Below, piece by piece: positions 29,386 through 40,955 of a stretch of DNA of 64,000 nt. The notes under the pieces are model-generated. The model saw nothing but the letters and a program-made list of their open reading frames with translations, was not told where the DNA came from and searched no databases. Location: contig OZ251997.1 in the NCBI GenBank assembly GCA_965247095.1, positions 960,001-1,024,000 of the forward strand, written 5' to 3'. Each line of letters starts with the position of its first letter. Position 1 is the first letter of the stretch. The stretch is from Candidatus Multivorans sp. Lineage in GTDB: Bacteria > Acidobacteriota > Thermoanaerobaculia > Multivoradales > Multivoraceae. Both the position numbers and the translations under genes were made by a program.

Positions 29386-31605
29386 TCAGCGGAACACATC
29401 GAAGGCGCGGTTGTACTTGACGATCAGGCTGCGATCGGGTTCCTCACGACCCAGGAGACCGAACTCGGAGATCTCGTTGTAGACCAGAAACAGCCCCCGG
29501 TTCGCCTCGTTCAGCCAACTGAAGCGCAGGTTCGTCGACACTCTGTCCGTCGTGTCGTTGTACTGGACCAGAGCCTGTAGCAGCAGGCTCGTGCTGAAGG
29601 CGTAGGTGACGCGAAGACGGCCGAGGTTTGCCTTGAACGCGCCGCCGGCGACTTCGATGTCGTTATAGGACCAACTGATCTCCGAAGTCAGGTAGTCGCC
29701 GAGGCGGATGCTCAGTGCGGGATCGATGGCGAACTGGTCGCCGCCGAAGAAACCGCCGGCCTGGACCATTGCGAACAGACTGACGGCGCGCCCGCGGTTC
29801 GTGTTCATGAACAGGAAGATGCCGTAGTCGTCGTACCTGCCGGCCTCGATCTCGACGCCTTCGCGAACCAGAAAAGAATCGACCAGACCCTCGTAGCGGC
29901 CGCCTCCGGAGAAACTGATCTGGGCGCCGCTACGGAACTCGACCTCGCCGCCGATGGAGTAGCGCTGGGTCTGGTGAAAACCGTCGAAGTCCCAGAAGCT
30001 GTCGTAGTAGACGCGGGGCCCGAACTCCTTGACCCGACCCTCGCCGGCGGGCCGAAACTGACGGCGGATGTAGCCGTTGAGCTGCCGGTAGCCGGAGCGG
30101 CTGAGGAAACCGACCTCCGGATTGAAGTCCTCGCCTATCTCCGCGTAGCCGGTTCGCCAGCGCCAGAACGGCGAGCTGTAGGAACTGCCGAGGCCGAAAC
30201 CGTGGTCGCGGCCGGTGAGGCCCGGGGTCTCGGTCTGCCCCACCCAGCCGGTGAGTTCGGTGTAGTCGCCGACCCCGATCTGCCCGTCGACCGCGTAGGT
30301 GCGGTTGAAGTCGCCGTCGGGCGCCAGGGCGCCCGTACCCTGGCGGTTGATGACGAGCACGCCCGCCCGGCTGCGGTTGCGGTACTCGCGGCTTACGCGC
30401 GCGACGCTGAAGTTGTTGCCGTGAATCTCGCCGAAATCGTCGGTCTGCATGTTCAGGAAGCCGACGTTCAGGCCGCCCGCCTTGCCGGAGAGTCGGACCC
30501 CACCCAGGATGGGGACCGGCTGGCCGCCGGCGAGGCCGATCCGCCGGCTGAAGAAGAGTTCCACCCCGCCGCGGAAGGAACTCCGGCCGCCGACCCGGAA
30601 CTGGCCCGCGTTCTCCAGGAAGAAGGGCCTCTTTTCGGGGAAGAAGAGGCTGAAACGGTCGAGGTTGACCTGCTGATCGTCGGCCTCGACCTGCGCGAAG
30701 TCCGTGTTCAGGGTCACATCGAGCGTGAGGCTCGGGGTGATGCCGTACTTGAGGTCCATGCCGCCGTCCCATTCGGAGCTGCGATCGGCGACGCCGTCGT
30801 CGCGAGTCGAGGACACGGCATACGGGGTCAACTGGAGGTTGCGCTGGCGGGGCGTGACCAGACCGACCAGCGTGCCGGCCTCGGACACCCGGTACAGACG
30901 GTGCTGCCGGGCGAGGTGCGCCCAGAAGGCGGTCTCGTTCTTGCGCCGGATGTTGCGCTCGAAGTTGACGCCCCAGGAGCCGGCCCCGGAGTCGAAGCGG
31001 AGACTGCGGAAGGGAATCGCCATCTCGGCGCTCCACCCGAAGTCGCCGACGCGGGTCCTGACGGTCCAGGAGGTGTCCCAGTCCAGGTTGGCGCCCGAAG
31101 AGGAGCCGCCGGAGAACGAACCACCGCTGCCGGACCCCTCGTTGGTCACCTGGCCGTCATACTGGATGCCACCGACGTTGGTGCCGAACATGAACGCGTT
31201 CTGCCGGTCGCCGTAGGTGTCGAGGATGAAGCGAAAGCTGTCCTCGTCGCGGAGAGAAACGTCGCGCCGGCTGTCTGAGATGACCAGCGTCGAGGCCTCG
31301 CTGTCGAAGCAGACAGCGGCGATGTACAGGTTCTGCTCGTCGAAGGCGATCCGAACTTCGGTGCGCTCCGAGGCCGGCTGGCCTTCGAAGGGCTCGGTCT
31401 GCTGGAAGCCGGTGGCGACATCGACCTGCTGCCACAGCGCCTCCCCGAGCACATCGCCGTCGATGACCGGCTGCTCCTGCAACCGATGTGCCCGGAGCTG
31501 CGGTCGGTCGCTACGGGGCTCTTGCTGTGCAGCCTCGGCGCCGCCCTGGGCCGCAAGGAAGGCGGCCAGCGCGACGGCGCCGCGCCGAAGTGCGATTCGG
31601 TGCAT
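29386..31605 (-). CDS. CBM9-like plus DUF5916 outer-membrane protein
   Basis: Signal peptide; IDG..W, WSAEMAIPFRSLRF, NTDFAQVEAD, FFPEKRPFFLE and FFSRRIG; beta-barrel-like C-terminus. Confidence 0.85.
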   Translation of the reverse strand: MHRIALRRGAVALAAFLAAQGGAEAAQQEPRSDRPQLRAHRLQEQPVIDGDVLGEALWQQVDVATGFQQTEPFEGQPASERTEVRIAFDEQNLYIAAVCFDSEASTLVISDSRRDVSLRDEDSFRFILDTYGDRQNAFMFGTNVGGIQYDGQVTNEGSGSGGSFSGGSSSGANLDWDTSWTVRTRVGDFGWSAEMAIPFRSLRFDSGAGSWGVNFERNIRRKNETAFWAHLARQHRLYRVSEAGTLVGLVTPRQRNLQLTPYAVSSTRDDGVADRSSEWDGGMDLKYGITPSLTLDVTLNTDFAQVEADDQQVNLDRFSLFFPEKRPFFLENAGQFRVGGRSSFRGGVELFFSRRIGLAGGQPVPILGGVRLSGKAGGLNVGFLNMQTDDFGEIHGNNFSVARVSREYRNRSRAGVLVINRQGTGALAPDGDFNRTYAVDGQIGVGDYTELTGWVGQTETPGLTGRDHGFGLGSSYSSPFWRWRTGYAEIGEDFNPEVGFLSRSGYRQLNGYIRRQFRPAGEGRVKEFGPRVYYDSFWDFDGFHQTQRYSIGGEVEFRSGAQISFSGGGRYEGLVDSFLVREGVEIEAGRYDDYGIFLFMNTNRGRAVSLFAMVQAGGFFGGDQFAIDPALSIRLGDYLTSEISWSYNDIEVAGGAFKANLGRLRVTYAFSTSLLLQALVQYNDTTDRVSTNLRFSWLNEANRGLFLVYNEISEFGLLGREEPDRSLIVKYNRAFDVFR

Positions 31606-31610
31606 GACGG

Positions 31611-34600
31611 TTACGGTTGTGCGGGAACTCGATCTGCTTCGCGGCTGGTAGGGGGCTGGACGGCGGGTACTTCCAGTTCCCTTGCGCGCCGGTTCAGCTC
31701 CTCGAGGCGGGGACCGGTCAACTCGTCCACCGCTTCGAGGATCGGCAGCAGCTCCGCCTCAAGGTCTTCGAAGCGGCGACGCGCGCCGGCGGTCGGCCGG
31801 GCGGTGTTGCCGAAGACGTGAGTGTAGAGGTAGGCGTACTGGTTGTCGATCCTCGGCGGGAAGTTCAACGCGTCCTGGGATACGCGACTCTGGGCCTGGA
31901 TGAGCCGATCGTTCAGCTCGTCGGCGCGCTCCGCGACCTCGTCGACGACGGGCTTCAGTTCGCCTGCCCCGGCGGCGTCGAGCCGCTCACCCAGGGTCTC
32001 GGCCTGCTCCCGGACGCTGCGCAGCCCTGCGATCGCGTCGTGGACCGCCGTCAACCGCGCCGACAGCCCGTCGAGCAACTGGTACTGCTCTTCAAGGTCG
32101 GCTTGCGTGACGTCGTCGAGCCGGGGGTCGGCGACTACCTCGAAGGTGCGGCTGTCGCTCCAGGTTTCATCGACGGTTTCCGCATCCTCGGCGGCACTCC
32201 CGACCTCGAGCGTTGCCCGGTAGGTCCCCGGGGGCAGGAAGGGGCCGCCGGTGTAGGACAGGGACATGATCGCGCCCTCGACCAGGTGGGGCGCCTGGTC
32301 CTTCAGGTCCCATTCAACGCGATTGAGGCCCTTCTCTGCCTCGAAGGACTCGACCCGCGGGCGTTCGTCGTCGTGGTCCCTCTGAGGGTCTGCTGCCTGC
32401 CCGGCGTCCTCCTCAGGAAGGGCGAGGAAGCGGCGCAGAACGCGCTCGCTGCCTTCGGGGGCGATCGTCAGTTCGACCGGGCCGTCGGGCGCCTCGGGAA
32501 GGTGGAACCAGATCGAAGCGCCATTGACGAAGCCGCCGCCGCGCCCCGGCCGGTCGACGCGCACGGTCGGCTCGGGTGCGAACAGCCGGGGCGTGGCGCG
32601 GCCGGCGCCGGCTGCCTGTTCCCGGGCGAGCTCCCGAACCACGCCGAGGTCGTCGAGCACCCAGAAGCTCCGCCCCTGGGTCGCCAGCACGAGGTCCGGG
32701 TTGCCGACGCTGTGGTGGAGAGCCAAGTCGGTGACCGGCGTGCGCGGCAGGTTCAACTGGAAGGACTCCCAGGAGTCGCCGCGGTCGAACGAGGCGTAGA
32801 GGCCGAACTCGGTGCCGGCGAAGAGCAGGCCGTCGGCCCCCGGATCCTCACGCACGACGCGGACGAAGTGATTCCCGGGCAGGCCCTCGGTGGCGGTGGT
32901 CCAGGTGGCGCCGCCGTCGTCGGTACGGAAGATGTACGGCGCGTAGTCGTTCAGCCGGTAGCGGTAGGCCGCGACGTAGACCCGCGCCGGATCGTGATGG
33001 GAGATGTCGATCGAGTTCACCGTGCCGTCGACGGGCATTCCGGCCGGCGTGACCTCGGTCCAGGCGGCGCCGTTGTCCCGGCTGACGTGGATGCGGCCGT
33101 CGTCGCTGCCGGCCCAGATCTCGCCGGCCCGGTGCTGCGACTCGGCGAGCGCGAACACCGTGTTGTAGACCTCGACGCCGGTGTGATCGTGCTGGACCGG
33201 ACCGCCCGGCATGCCCTGTTTCTCGTCGTCGTCCGTGGTCAGGTCCGGCGAGATCGTCTCCCAGGTCCAACCGCCGTCGCGGGTGCGGTGCACGTAGTTC
33301 GAGGTGTGGTACACGACGTCGGGATCGTGCCGGGAGATCAGGATCGGCGCGTTCCACTGGAAGCGATAGCGCAGGTCGCGGGGTGCCGTTCCGTCCTGCA
33401 TCTCAGGGTAGAGGATCATGTTGCGGGCGGCGCCGCTGCGGTGGTCGTAGCGGTCGATGCGGCCGAGGTAGTTGCCCGAATAGACCAGGTGCGGCTGCTC
33501 GGGGTGAACCGCGATGTGGCCGCTCTCCGCGCCCGCCACCGAGTGCCAGTGCTGCGTCGGCGTCAGTTCGGGCATGGGGCGCGACGGCACCGAGATCGTG
33601 CTGTTGTCCTGCTGGGCGCCGTAGATGCGGTAGGGGAACTGATTGTCGACGGTGACCCGGTAGAACTCCGCGGTCGGCTGGTTGTTCTGGGTCGACCACG
33701 AGCGTCCGCCGTCGACGCTGACGTTGGCGCCGCCGTCGTTCGCCTGCACCATGATGTGGGGTTGTTCGGGGTTGATCCAGATGTCGTGGTTGTCGCCGTG
33801 GGGCGTGGCAACACGCTCCCAGTTGGCGCCGCCGTCGACCGAGCGGAAGAAACGGACGTTCGAGCCCCAGACCGTGTTCGGATCGGCGGGATCGGCGTAG
33901 ATGTGGCTGTAGTACCAGCCTCGGGTGAGCAGCTCGGGCTCGTCGCTCACCTTCTTCCAGGAATCGCCGTGGTCCTCGGAACGGAAGATGCCGCCGCGGC
34001 CGTTCTTGGCGGTGATGATCGTCCACAGGCGACCGCGCCGCGCCGGCGAGGCGGAGACGCCGATCCGGCCCAGCACGCCGGTCGGCAGGCCGCCTTCGAG
34101 GCGGTCCCAGGTGTCGCCGCCGTCGCTGGAGCGGAACAGGCCGCCCTCGTCGCTGCCGTCGATCAGGGTCCAGGGCTTGCGCTCGATGCGCCAGGCGGCG
34201 GCGTAGAGCACACGCGGATTGAAGGGGTCGAGCTCCAGATCGGCCATGCCGGCGTCGTCCGATATGTAGAGCATGTGCTCCCAGGTTCCGCCGCCGTCGG
34301 TCGAGCGGTAGACGCCCCGATCCGGGTTGCTGCCGAAGATCTGTCCGAGCACCGCAACCCAGAGGCGGTTCGGGTCGCCGGGATGGATCCGGATACGGCT
34401 GATTGCGCCCGCCCGCTCCAGGCCGATGTGCTGCCATGAGGCGCCGGCGTCGGTCGAGCGGTACATGCCGTCGCCGATCGATACGTTGCCGCGTGGACAC
34501 GCCGAGCCGGTGCCGACGTAGATCACGTTCGGGTCGCTCGGGGCGACCGCCACGGCGCCGACAGAACCTGCCCCGAAGTCGCCGTCGGTCAGATTCCGCC

Positions 34601-34835
34601 ATGTGCGGCCCGCGTTCGCGGTGCGCCATACGCCGCCGCCGGTCGACCCCATGTAGAAGGTGTAGGGGTGGGATGGATGGCCCGTTACCGCCGTCACCCG
34701 GCCGCCGCGGCTGGGCCCGACGAGGCGAAACTCGATTCCCTCAAAGGGACCGGACTCGACCTGGCTCCATGCCGGTCCCGCGGTGGCGGCGGCGACAGCG
34801 AGCGTGAGGGCGGCCGCTGGACGCGGGAATAACAT
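31611..34835 (-). CDS. Secreted BNR/VPS10-repeat glycosyl hydrolase-like protein
   Basis: Signal peptide from MLFPRP; GPSRGGRV; many S/T-x-D-G-G-x-x-W Asp-boxes; C-terminal coiled coil. Confidence 0.88.
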   Translation of the reverse strand: MLFPRPAAALTLAVAAATAGPAWSQVESGPFEGIEFRLVGPSRGGRVTAVTGHPSHPYTFYMGSTGGGVWRTANAGRTWRNLTDGDFGAGSVGAVAVAPSDPNVIYVGTGSACPRGNVSIGDGMYRSTDAGASWQHIGLERAGAISRIRIHPGDPNRLWVAVLGQIFGSNPDRGVYRSTDGGGTWEHMLYISDDAGMADLELDPFNPRVLYAAAWRIERKPWTLIDGSDEGGLFRSSDGGDTWDRLEGGLPTGVLGRIGVSASPARRGRLWTIITAKNGRGGIFRSEDHGDSWKKVSDEPELLTRGWYYSHIYADPADPNTVWGSNVRFFRSVDGGANWERVATPHGDNHDIWINPEQPHIMVQANDGGANVSVDGGRSWSTQNNQPTAEFYRVTVDNQFPYRIYGAQQDNSTISVPSRPMPELTPTQHWHSVAGAESGHIAVHPEQPHLVYSGNYLGRIDRYDHRSGAARNMILYPEMQDGTAPRDLRYRFQWNAPILISRHDPDVVYHTSNYVHRTRDGGWTWETISPDLTTDDDEKQGMPGGPVQHDHTGVEVYNTVFALAESQHRAGEIWAGSDDGRIHVSRDNGAAWTEVTPAGMPVDGTVNSIDISHHDPARVYVAAYRYRLNDYAPYIFRTDDGGATWTTATEGLPGNHFVRVVREDPGADGLLFAGTEFGLYASFDRGDSWESFQLNLPRTPVTDLALHHSVGNPDLVLATQGRSFWVLDDLGVVRELAREQAAGAGRATPRLFAPEPTVRVDRPGRGGGFVNGASIWFHLPEAPDGPVELTIAPEGSERVLRRFLALPEEDAGQAADPQRDHDDERPRVESFEAEKGLNRVEWDLKDQAPHLVEGAIMSLSYTGGPFLPPGTYRATLEVGSAAEDAETVDETWSDSRTFEVVADPRLDDVTQADLEEQYQLLDGLSARLTAVHDAIAGLRSVREQAETLGERLDAAGAGELKPVVDEVAERADELNDRLIQAQSRVSQDALNFPPRIDNQYAYLYTHVFGNTARPTAGARRRFEDLEAELLPILEAVDELTGPRLEELNRRARELEVPAVQPPTSREADRVPAQP

Positions 34836-34886
34836 CAGTCCGGCGAGTCTATCGGGGCCTCGTTGGACTGTTACATTCACGCCGTC

Positions 34887-35798
34887 GTGAGCACCCAGCC
34901 TGCCGCCAGGCAGACCCTTGTCATCTACACCGACGGCGGCGCCAGCCCCAACCCGGGTCCCGGCGGCTGGGCGGTGGTGATCCTCGATCCCGGCGGGCGC
35001 CCGCGGGAACTCGCGGGCGGCGCTCCGAGCACGACGAACAACCGCATGGAGCTCCAGGCGGCGATCTCCGCGCTTGCCGATCTGTCCGAACCGAGCGCGG
35101 TAGACCTCTACACGGACTCCCAGTACGTCCGCCAGGGGATCACGTCGTGGCTGGCTCGTTGGCGCGCCCAGAACTGGCGCCGGCGCGACGGCGGGGCGGT
35201 CAAGAACGTGGACCTGTGGCGGCGCCTGGAAGGTCTGAACAAGCGCCACCGCGTCCACTGGCACTGGGTCAAGGGCCATGCCGGGAACGAGTGGAACGAG
35301 CGGGTCGATGCCCTGGCGAGCGCCGAGATCGCGGCTCGAGGGGGCGGCGCCGCCGCGGAACCCGACGCCGAAGTGGAGATTCCGCCCGGCAGCGCGCGAA
35401 TCTTCCTGAAGGTCCGATGCGTCGGCGACCGCGGCGTGTGGGCGGCGGAGTTGGAGACGCCGGACGGCTCGGACCGGCGAACAGGACGGGCGTCGGAAAC
35501 GACTCCGAACCGCCTGGAGCTCACCTGTGTTCTCGATCTGCTCGCCGCGCTGCCCGCCGGACAGCCGGCGGCCGTCTACACCGGCAACGACTACCTGCGG
35601 CGCGGCGCCTCGCTGTGGATCCACTCCTGGAAGCGCAACCGGTGGCGCACGAAGACCGGCGGGCAGGTCAAGAACGCCGAACTCTGGCATCGGCTCGACC
35701 GGCAGCTCGAGGACCGGCGGGTGATCTGGCCGCCGCCGGTTGGTGAAGCCGCGGAGCGGTTGGCGGAACTGAAGGACAGAGTGCGCGAGCTCTTCTAA
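34887..35798 (+). CDS. rnhA: Ribonuclease HI with a second, degenerate C-terminal RNase H domain
   Basis: Domain 1: YTDGG..NPGPGG, TTNNRMEL, TDSQY, WVKGH and NERVD. Domain 2: TTPNRLEL, YTGNDYL, W...W....W....G..VKNAELW. Confidence 0.9.
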   Translation: MSTQPAARQTLVIYTDGGASPNPGPGGWAVVILDPGGRPRELAGGAPSTTNNRMELQAAISALADLSEPSAVDLYTDSQYVRQGITSWLARWRAQNWRRRDGGAVKNVDLWRRLEGLNKRHRVHWHWVKGHAGNEWNERVDALASAEIAARGGGAAAEPDAEVEIPPGSARIFLKVRCVGDRGVWAAELETPDGSDRRTGRASETTPNRLELTCVLDLLAALPAGQPAAVYTGNDYLRRGASLWIHSWKRNRWRTKTGGQVKNAELWHRLDRQLEDRRVIWPPPVGEAAERLAELKDRVRELF

Positions 35799-35832
35799 GC
35801 GGACCCTCCGTGGCACTCTGCCGAGCAGGCTC

Positions 35833-37422
<1,590 letters not shown>

Positions 37423-37584
37423 GGTGCGGTTGTCCTGCGGTGCGCGGGTTGCGCCGCGGCGGGGCGGGTGAGTTTGGCAGCGGCCGCGTCCGCAGTCGGC
37501 GCGCGCCGGCTGGCGGAGTCTATAGTCGGGCCCCCTCGGCGCCCGCCAGAATGCGCGCCCGTTCGATCGACCAGAGGTAACCGC

Positions 37585-38772
37585 ATGAGTGATCTATCCG
37601 TGTTTCGAGAGGAGGCCCGCGCCTGGGTCGAAGCGAACGCACCCGAGTTCCTGCGGGGCAAGGCGGCCGATCCGAACGCCTGGGCGTCCGGCGGCCGCAA
37701 GGCGCCGTTCATCTACCCCGAGAGCCGCGACTGGCTGCTGGCGGCGGCCGACCGCGGCTTCTCGGCGCCGACCTGGCCGCAGGAGTACGGCGGCGCCGGT
37801 CTCTCGCGCGACGAGGCGCTGGTTCTGCACGAGGAGTTCGCGCGCCTCGAGCTGCCGGTGCCGCTCACGGGATTCGGCTACAGCATGATCGGCCCGACGT
37901 TGCTCGATCACGGCACTGCGGCGCAGAAGGCTGAACATCTGCCGAAGATCGCTCGCGGCGAGATCCGCTGGTGCCAGGGTTACTCGGAGCCGAACGCGGG
38001 CTCCGACCTCGCCTCGCTGGCGACCTCGGCGGTGCGGGACGGCGACTTCTACGTCATCAACGGCCAGAAGATCTGGACCTCGGGCGCCGACCAGGCGGAC
38101 TGGATCTTCATGCTCGTGCGGACCGACCCGGACGTCAAGAAGCAGCGCGGCATCACCTTTCTCCTCGTCGACATGGCATCGCCTGGGGTCGAGGCACGGC
38201 CGATTCGGCTGATCAGCGGCGCCTCGCCCTTCTGCGAGACCTTCTTCCACAACGTGCGGGCGCCGGTCCACCAGGTAGTGGGCGAGGTCAACGGCGGCTG
38301 GACGGTGGCGAAGGCCTTGCTCGGTCACGAACGCTCTTCGATCGGCGGCATGGGACGGGGCGGGGGCCGAACGTCCCTGCCGGACCTGGCGCGCGACTAT
38401 GTCGGCGTCGACGAGGCGGGGCGGATCGACGATCCAGCGCTCCGCGAACGGGTCATCCGGTGCGAGATGGACGCGATGTCCTACGGCCTGACGGTCAGGC
38501 GTCACAGCGACGGTCTCGAGGCCGGACACAAACCTGGCCCGGAGAGCTCGCTGTTCAAGTACTACGGCACGGAGCTGAACATGCGCCGCGAGGAACTGAT
38601 GCTCTCGATCCGGGGTCCCCAGGCCCTGGGCTGGGAAGGCGAAGGCTTCGAGCCCGCGGAGTTGAACCAGACCCGGACCTGGCTCCGTTCCCGGGCGAAC
38701 AGCATCGAGGGCGGCACCTCGGAGATTCAACTCAATATCATCGCGAAGCGCGTGCTGGGGCTCCCGGACTGA
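37585..38772 (+). CDS. Acyl-CoA dehydrogenase (large subunit of second heteromeric-type pair)
   Basis: WCQGYSEPNAGSDLASL, NGQKIWTS, LLGHER and IEGGTSEIQLNIIAKRVLGLP. Confidence 0.92.
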   Translation: MSDLSVFREEARAWVEANAPEFLRGKAADPNAWASGGRKAPFIYPESRDWLLAAADRGFSAPTWPQEYGGAGLSRDEALVLHEEFARLELPVPLTGFGYSMIGPTLLDHGTAAQKAEHLPKIARGEIRWCQGYSEPNAGSDLASLATSAVRDGDFYVINGQKIWTSGADQADWIFMLVRTDPDVKKQRGITFLLVDMASPGVEARPIRLISGASPFCETFFHNVRAPVHQVVGEVNGGWTVAKALLGHERSSIGGMGRGGGRTSLPDLARDYVGVDEAGRIDDPALRERVIRCEMDAMSYGLTVRRHSDGLEAGHKPGPESSLFKYYGTELNMRREELMLSIRGPQALGWEGEGFEPAELNQTRTWLRSRANSIEGGTSEIQLNIIAKRVLGLPD

Positions 38773-39905
38773 TGGCTACTCTGGTTCTCACCGCTCCCCA
38801 GAACATGCTCGCCCGCACCGCGGCCGAGCTGGTGCAGAAGCACGGCGGCGTTGACCGCCAACGGCAACTCCGCGACGAGGGCGGCGAACTCGCCTACAGC
38901 CCCGACGTATGGGCCGAGATGGCCGATCTCGGTTGGCTTGGCATCCCCTTCGCCGAAGATCACGGAGGCCTCGGCATGGGCATGGCCGAGACCGTGTTGA
39001 TCACGGAGGCGATGGGCCGCGGACTGGCGCCGGAGCCCTACGTTTCGGCCGTTGTCCTGGCTGGCGGCTTGCTCGCGGATGCTGGAAGCGCGGAGCAGCA
39101 GGCGGAGTGGCTGAGCCCTCTGATCGATGGCGGGAACCGGCTGGCGCCAGCCCTGCTGGAGCCGGGTGGCCGCTACCGGTTGGAGCGGATCGACACTCAG
39201 GCGCGGGCGAACGGTGGGGGTTGGTCCCTGTTCGGCGAGAAGATCCAGGTCGTCGGCGGCGTCGGCGCCGACGGATTCCTGGTTCCGGCGAGAGTCGGCG
39301 ACGACGACGGTCTGACGTTGTTCCTGGTGCCGGCGGGCGCGGCGGGCCTCAAGGTCGTGGCTCAGAGACGCGTCGACTCCCGTAACGCGGCGATCGTCAG
39401 GCTGGACGGCGTCAGCATTGGGGCCGGTGATGTCCTGGGCAAGATCGGCGGCGGATCGGCGCCGCTCCAGCGCGCGGTCGATCGGGCCACGGTGGCGCTC
39501 TGCGGCGAGATGCTCGGTCTGATGACGGAAGCCTTCGAGCGCACGATCGAGTATCTGAAGTCGCGCAGCCAGTTCGGCGTGCTGATCGGAACCTTCCAGG
39601 CGCTCAAGCACAGGGCCGCGAAGATGTTCATCGAGATTGAACTCTCCCGCTCGACCGTCATGGCGGCAGCGCGCGCGCTCGACGCCGGCGACGGCGACGC
39701 CCGACTCCAGGTCTCCAACGCGAAGGCGCGCTGCTCCGACGCGCTCATCCTGGTCACCAACGAGGCCCTGCAGATGCATGGCGGCATCGGTATGACCGAC
39801 GAGCACGACATCGGCCTGTTCATGAAGCGGGCCCGGGCGCTCGAGTTCGCCTTCGGCGACGCCGCGTTCCACCGCCAGCGTTTCGCCGCGCTGCGCGGCT
39901 TCTGA
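38772..39905 (+). CDS. Acyl-CoA dehydrogenase (small subunit of second pair)
   Basis: TGATG overlap; RSQFGVLIGTFQALKHR and QMHGGIGMTDEHDIG. Confidence 0.92.
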   Translation: MATLVLTAPQNMLARTAAELVQKHGGVDRQRQLRDEGGELAYSPDVWAEMADLGWLGIPFAEDHGGLGMGMAETVLITEAMGRGLAPEPYVSAVVLAGGLLADAGSAEQQAEWLSPLIDGGNRLAPALLEPGGRYRLERIDTQARANGGGWSLFGEKIQVVGGVGADGFLVPARVGDDDGLTLFLVPAGAAGLKVVAQRRVDSRNAAIVRLDGVSIGAGDVLGKIGGGSAPLQRAVDRATVALCGEMLGLMTEAFERTIEYLKSRSQFGVLIGTFQALKHRAAKMFIEIELSRSTVMAAARALDAGDGDARLQVSNAKARCSDALILVTNEALQMHGGIGMTDEHDIGLFMKRARALEFAFGDAAFHRQRFAALRGF

Positions 39906-39927
39906 GTCGCAGCGTCGCCCTAGCGCG

Positions 39928-40422
39928 TCAACTCACGATCCGGTCGGGATTCATGCCCGAGCAGCCGTCGTGCTTCGCGGCTGTCGAGCAACGTCCGGTG
40001 TAGCAGGAATCGCCGGCGAAGCCCTCGGGGCGGAGGTTGCCGATCCAGCGCTCGACATTCGCCTGGACCTCGGCTGCGGACTGGCCGTGTTCGGCGATCA
40101 GGACCTTCGACAGTCCCCACCAGGCCCGGGCCAGGTTGCAGGTGCAGCAGCAGGTGTATGCGGTGCGGTCGTTGCAGCATGGAGCGGGAATCGGCGTCAG
40201 CGCGGCGCGATGGATTTCCTCCTGCTCCGAGGTCAGTTCGATCCTGGCGTCGTGCTCGATCAGCTCTTCCATCGGCAGCGCGAGAACCGCCGCGAGGGGG
40301 TCGTAGACGACTACACCTGTGGCCGTCGTCGAGGAGTCGCCGCAAGACCAGAACGCCAGCGCGGTGAGGATTACCGGTGCGGTTCCGGCGAGTCGGCGGA
40401 GACGATCAGCGGGAGGGATCAT
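39928..40422 (-). CDS. Cysteine-rich putative lipoprotein
   Basis: Lipobox-like LAFWS-C; PAPCC-x7-CCCxC and C-x4-C-x8-C motifs. Confidence 0.7.
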   Translation of the reverse strand: MIPPADRLRRLAGTAPVILTALAFWSCGDSSTTATGVVVYDPLAAVLALPMEELIEHDARIELTSEQEEIHRAALTPIPAPCCNDRTAYTCCCTCNLARAWWGLSKVLIAEHGQSAAEVQANVERWIGNLRPEGFAGDSCYTGRCSTAAKHDGCSGMNPDRIVS

Positions 40423-40489
40423 GGCGCGCGATCTTACCCCCGGTGTCCGCCGTTGCGAAGTTCCGGCGGGTGCGGGCGCGAGCCCTGGT

Positions 40490-40939
40490 TCAGGGAGTCC
40501 GTACCAAGGTGGACTCGAGCGAGGGTACGCGCAGGTAGTCCCGGTCGGATGTAAGCAGGTGGCCGTGACATTCGAGCGTGGTGGCTGCGATCCAGACATC
40601 GTTCACGGGAATCGGCGTACCGGCCGCCCGGAGCGAGACGAAGACGCGGGCGTAGTGGCGAACTGTTCCAGGCGTCACGTTGAGCACGCTGACGAAGGGC
40701 AAGGCCAGAAATTCGGCGAGCACGCGGCGGTTCTCGGCGGCGCGGCTACCGCGCTGGAAAGCCGCTTCAAGCTCTCCGAGAACGATGACCGGAACCGAAA
40801 CCTGAACGGCAGCCGTGAGGCGGGCGAGTACCTGAGGGTGTCCCTTGCGGAAGTGGGAGTAGGCGCTGGTGTCGAGCACGAGTCGCTCGATCGACGCCGA
40901 TGTCCCGCTGCTGGCGCCCGAGGTGACTCGCTCCGTCAC
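40490..40939 (-). CDS. vapC: VapC PIN-domain toxin
   Basis: LVLDTSAY, VLGEL, PIPVNDVWIAA and LLTSDRDY. Confidence 0.9.
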   Translation of the reverse strand: MTERVTSGASSGTSASIERLVLDTSAYSHFRKGHPQVLARLTAAVQVSVPVIVLGELEAAFQRGSRAAENRRVLAEFLALPFVSVLNVTPGTVRHYARVFVSLRAAGTPIPVNDVWIAATTLECHGHLLTSDRDYLRVPSLESTLVRTP

Positions 40940-40955
40940 GTCGCGGCCGCGGTCT

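Noticed and set aside
31617-34439. Long antisense ORFs (e.g. 940 aa here, 718 aa opposite recQ, 654 aa opposite res, 524 aa opposite the AraC fusion)
   Set aside because: They mirror real genes, carry no recognisable motifs and are expected at this GC content.
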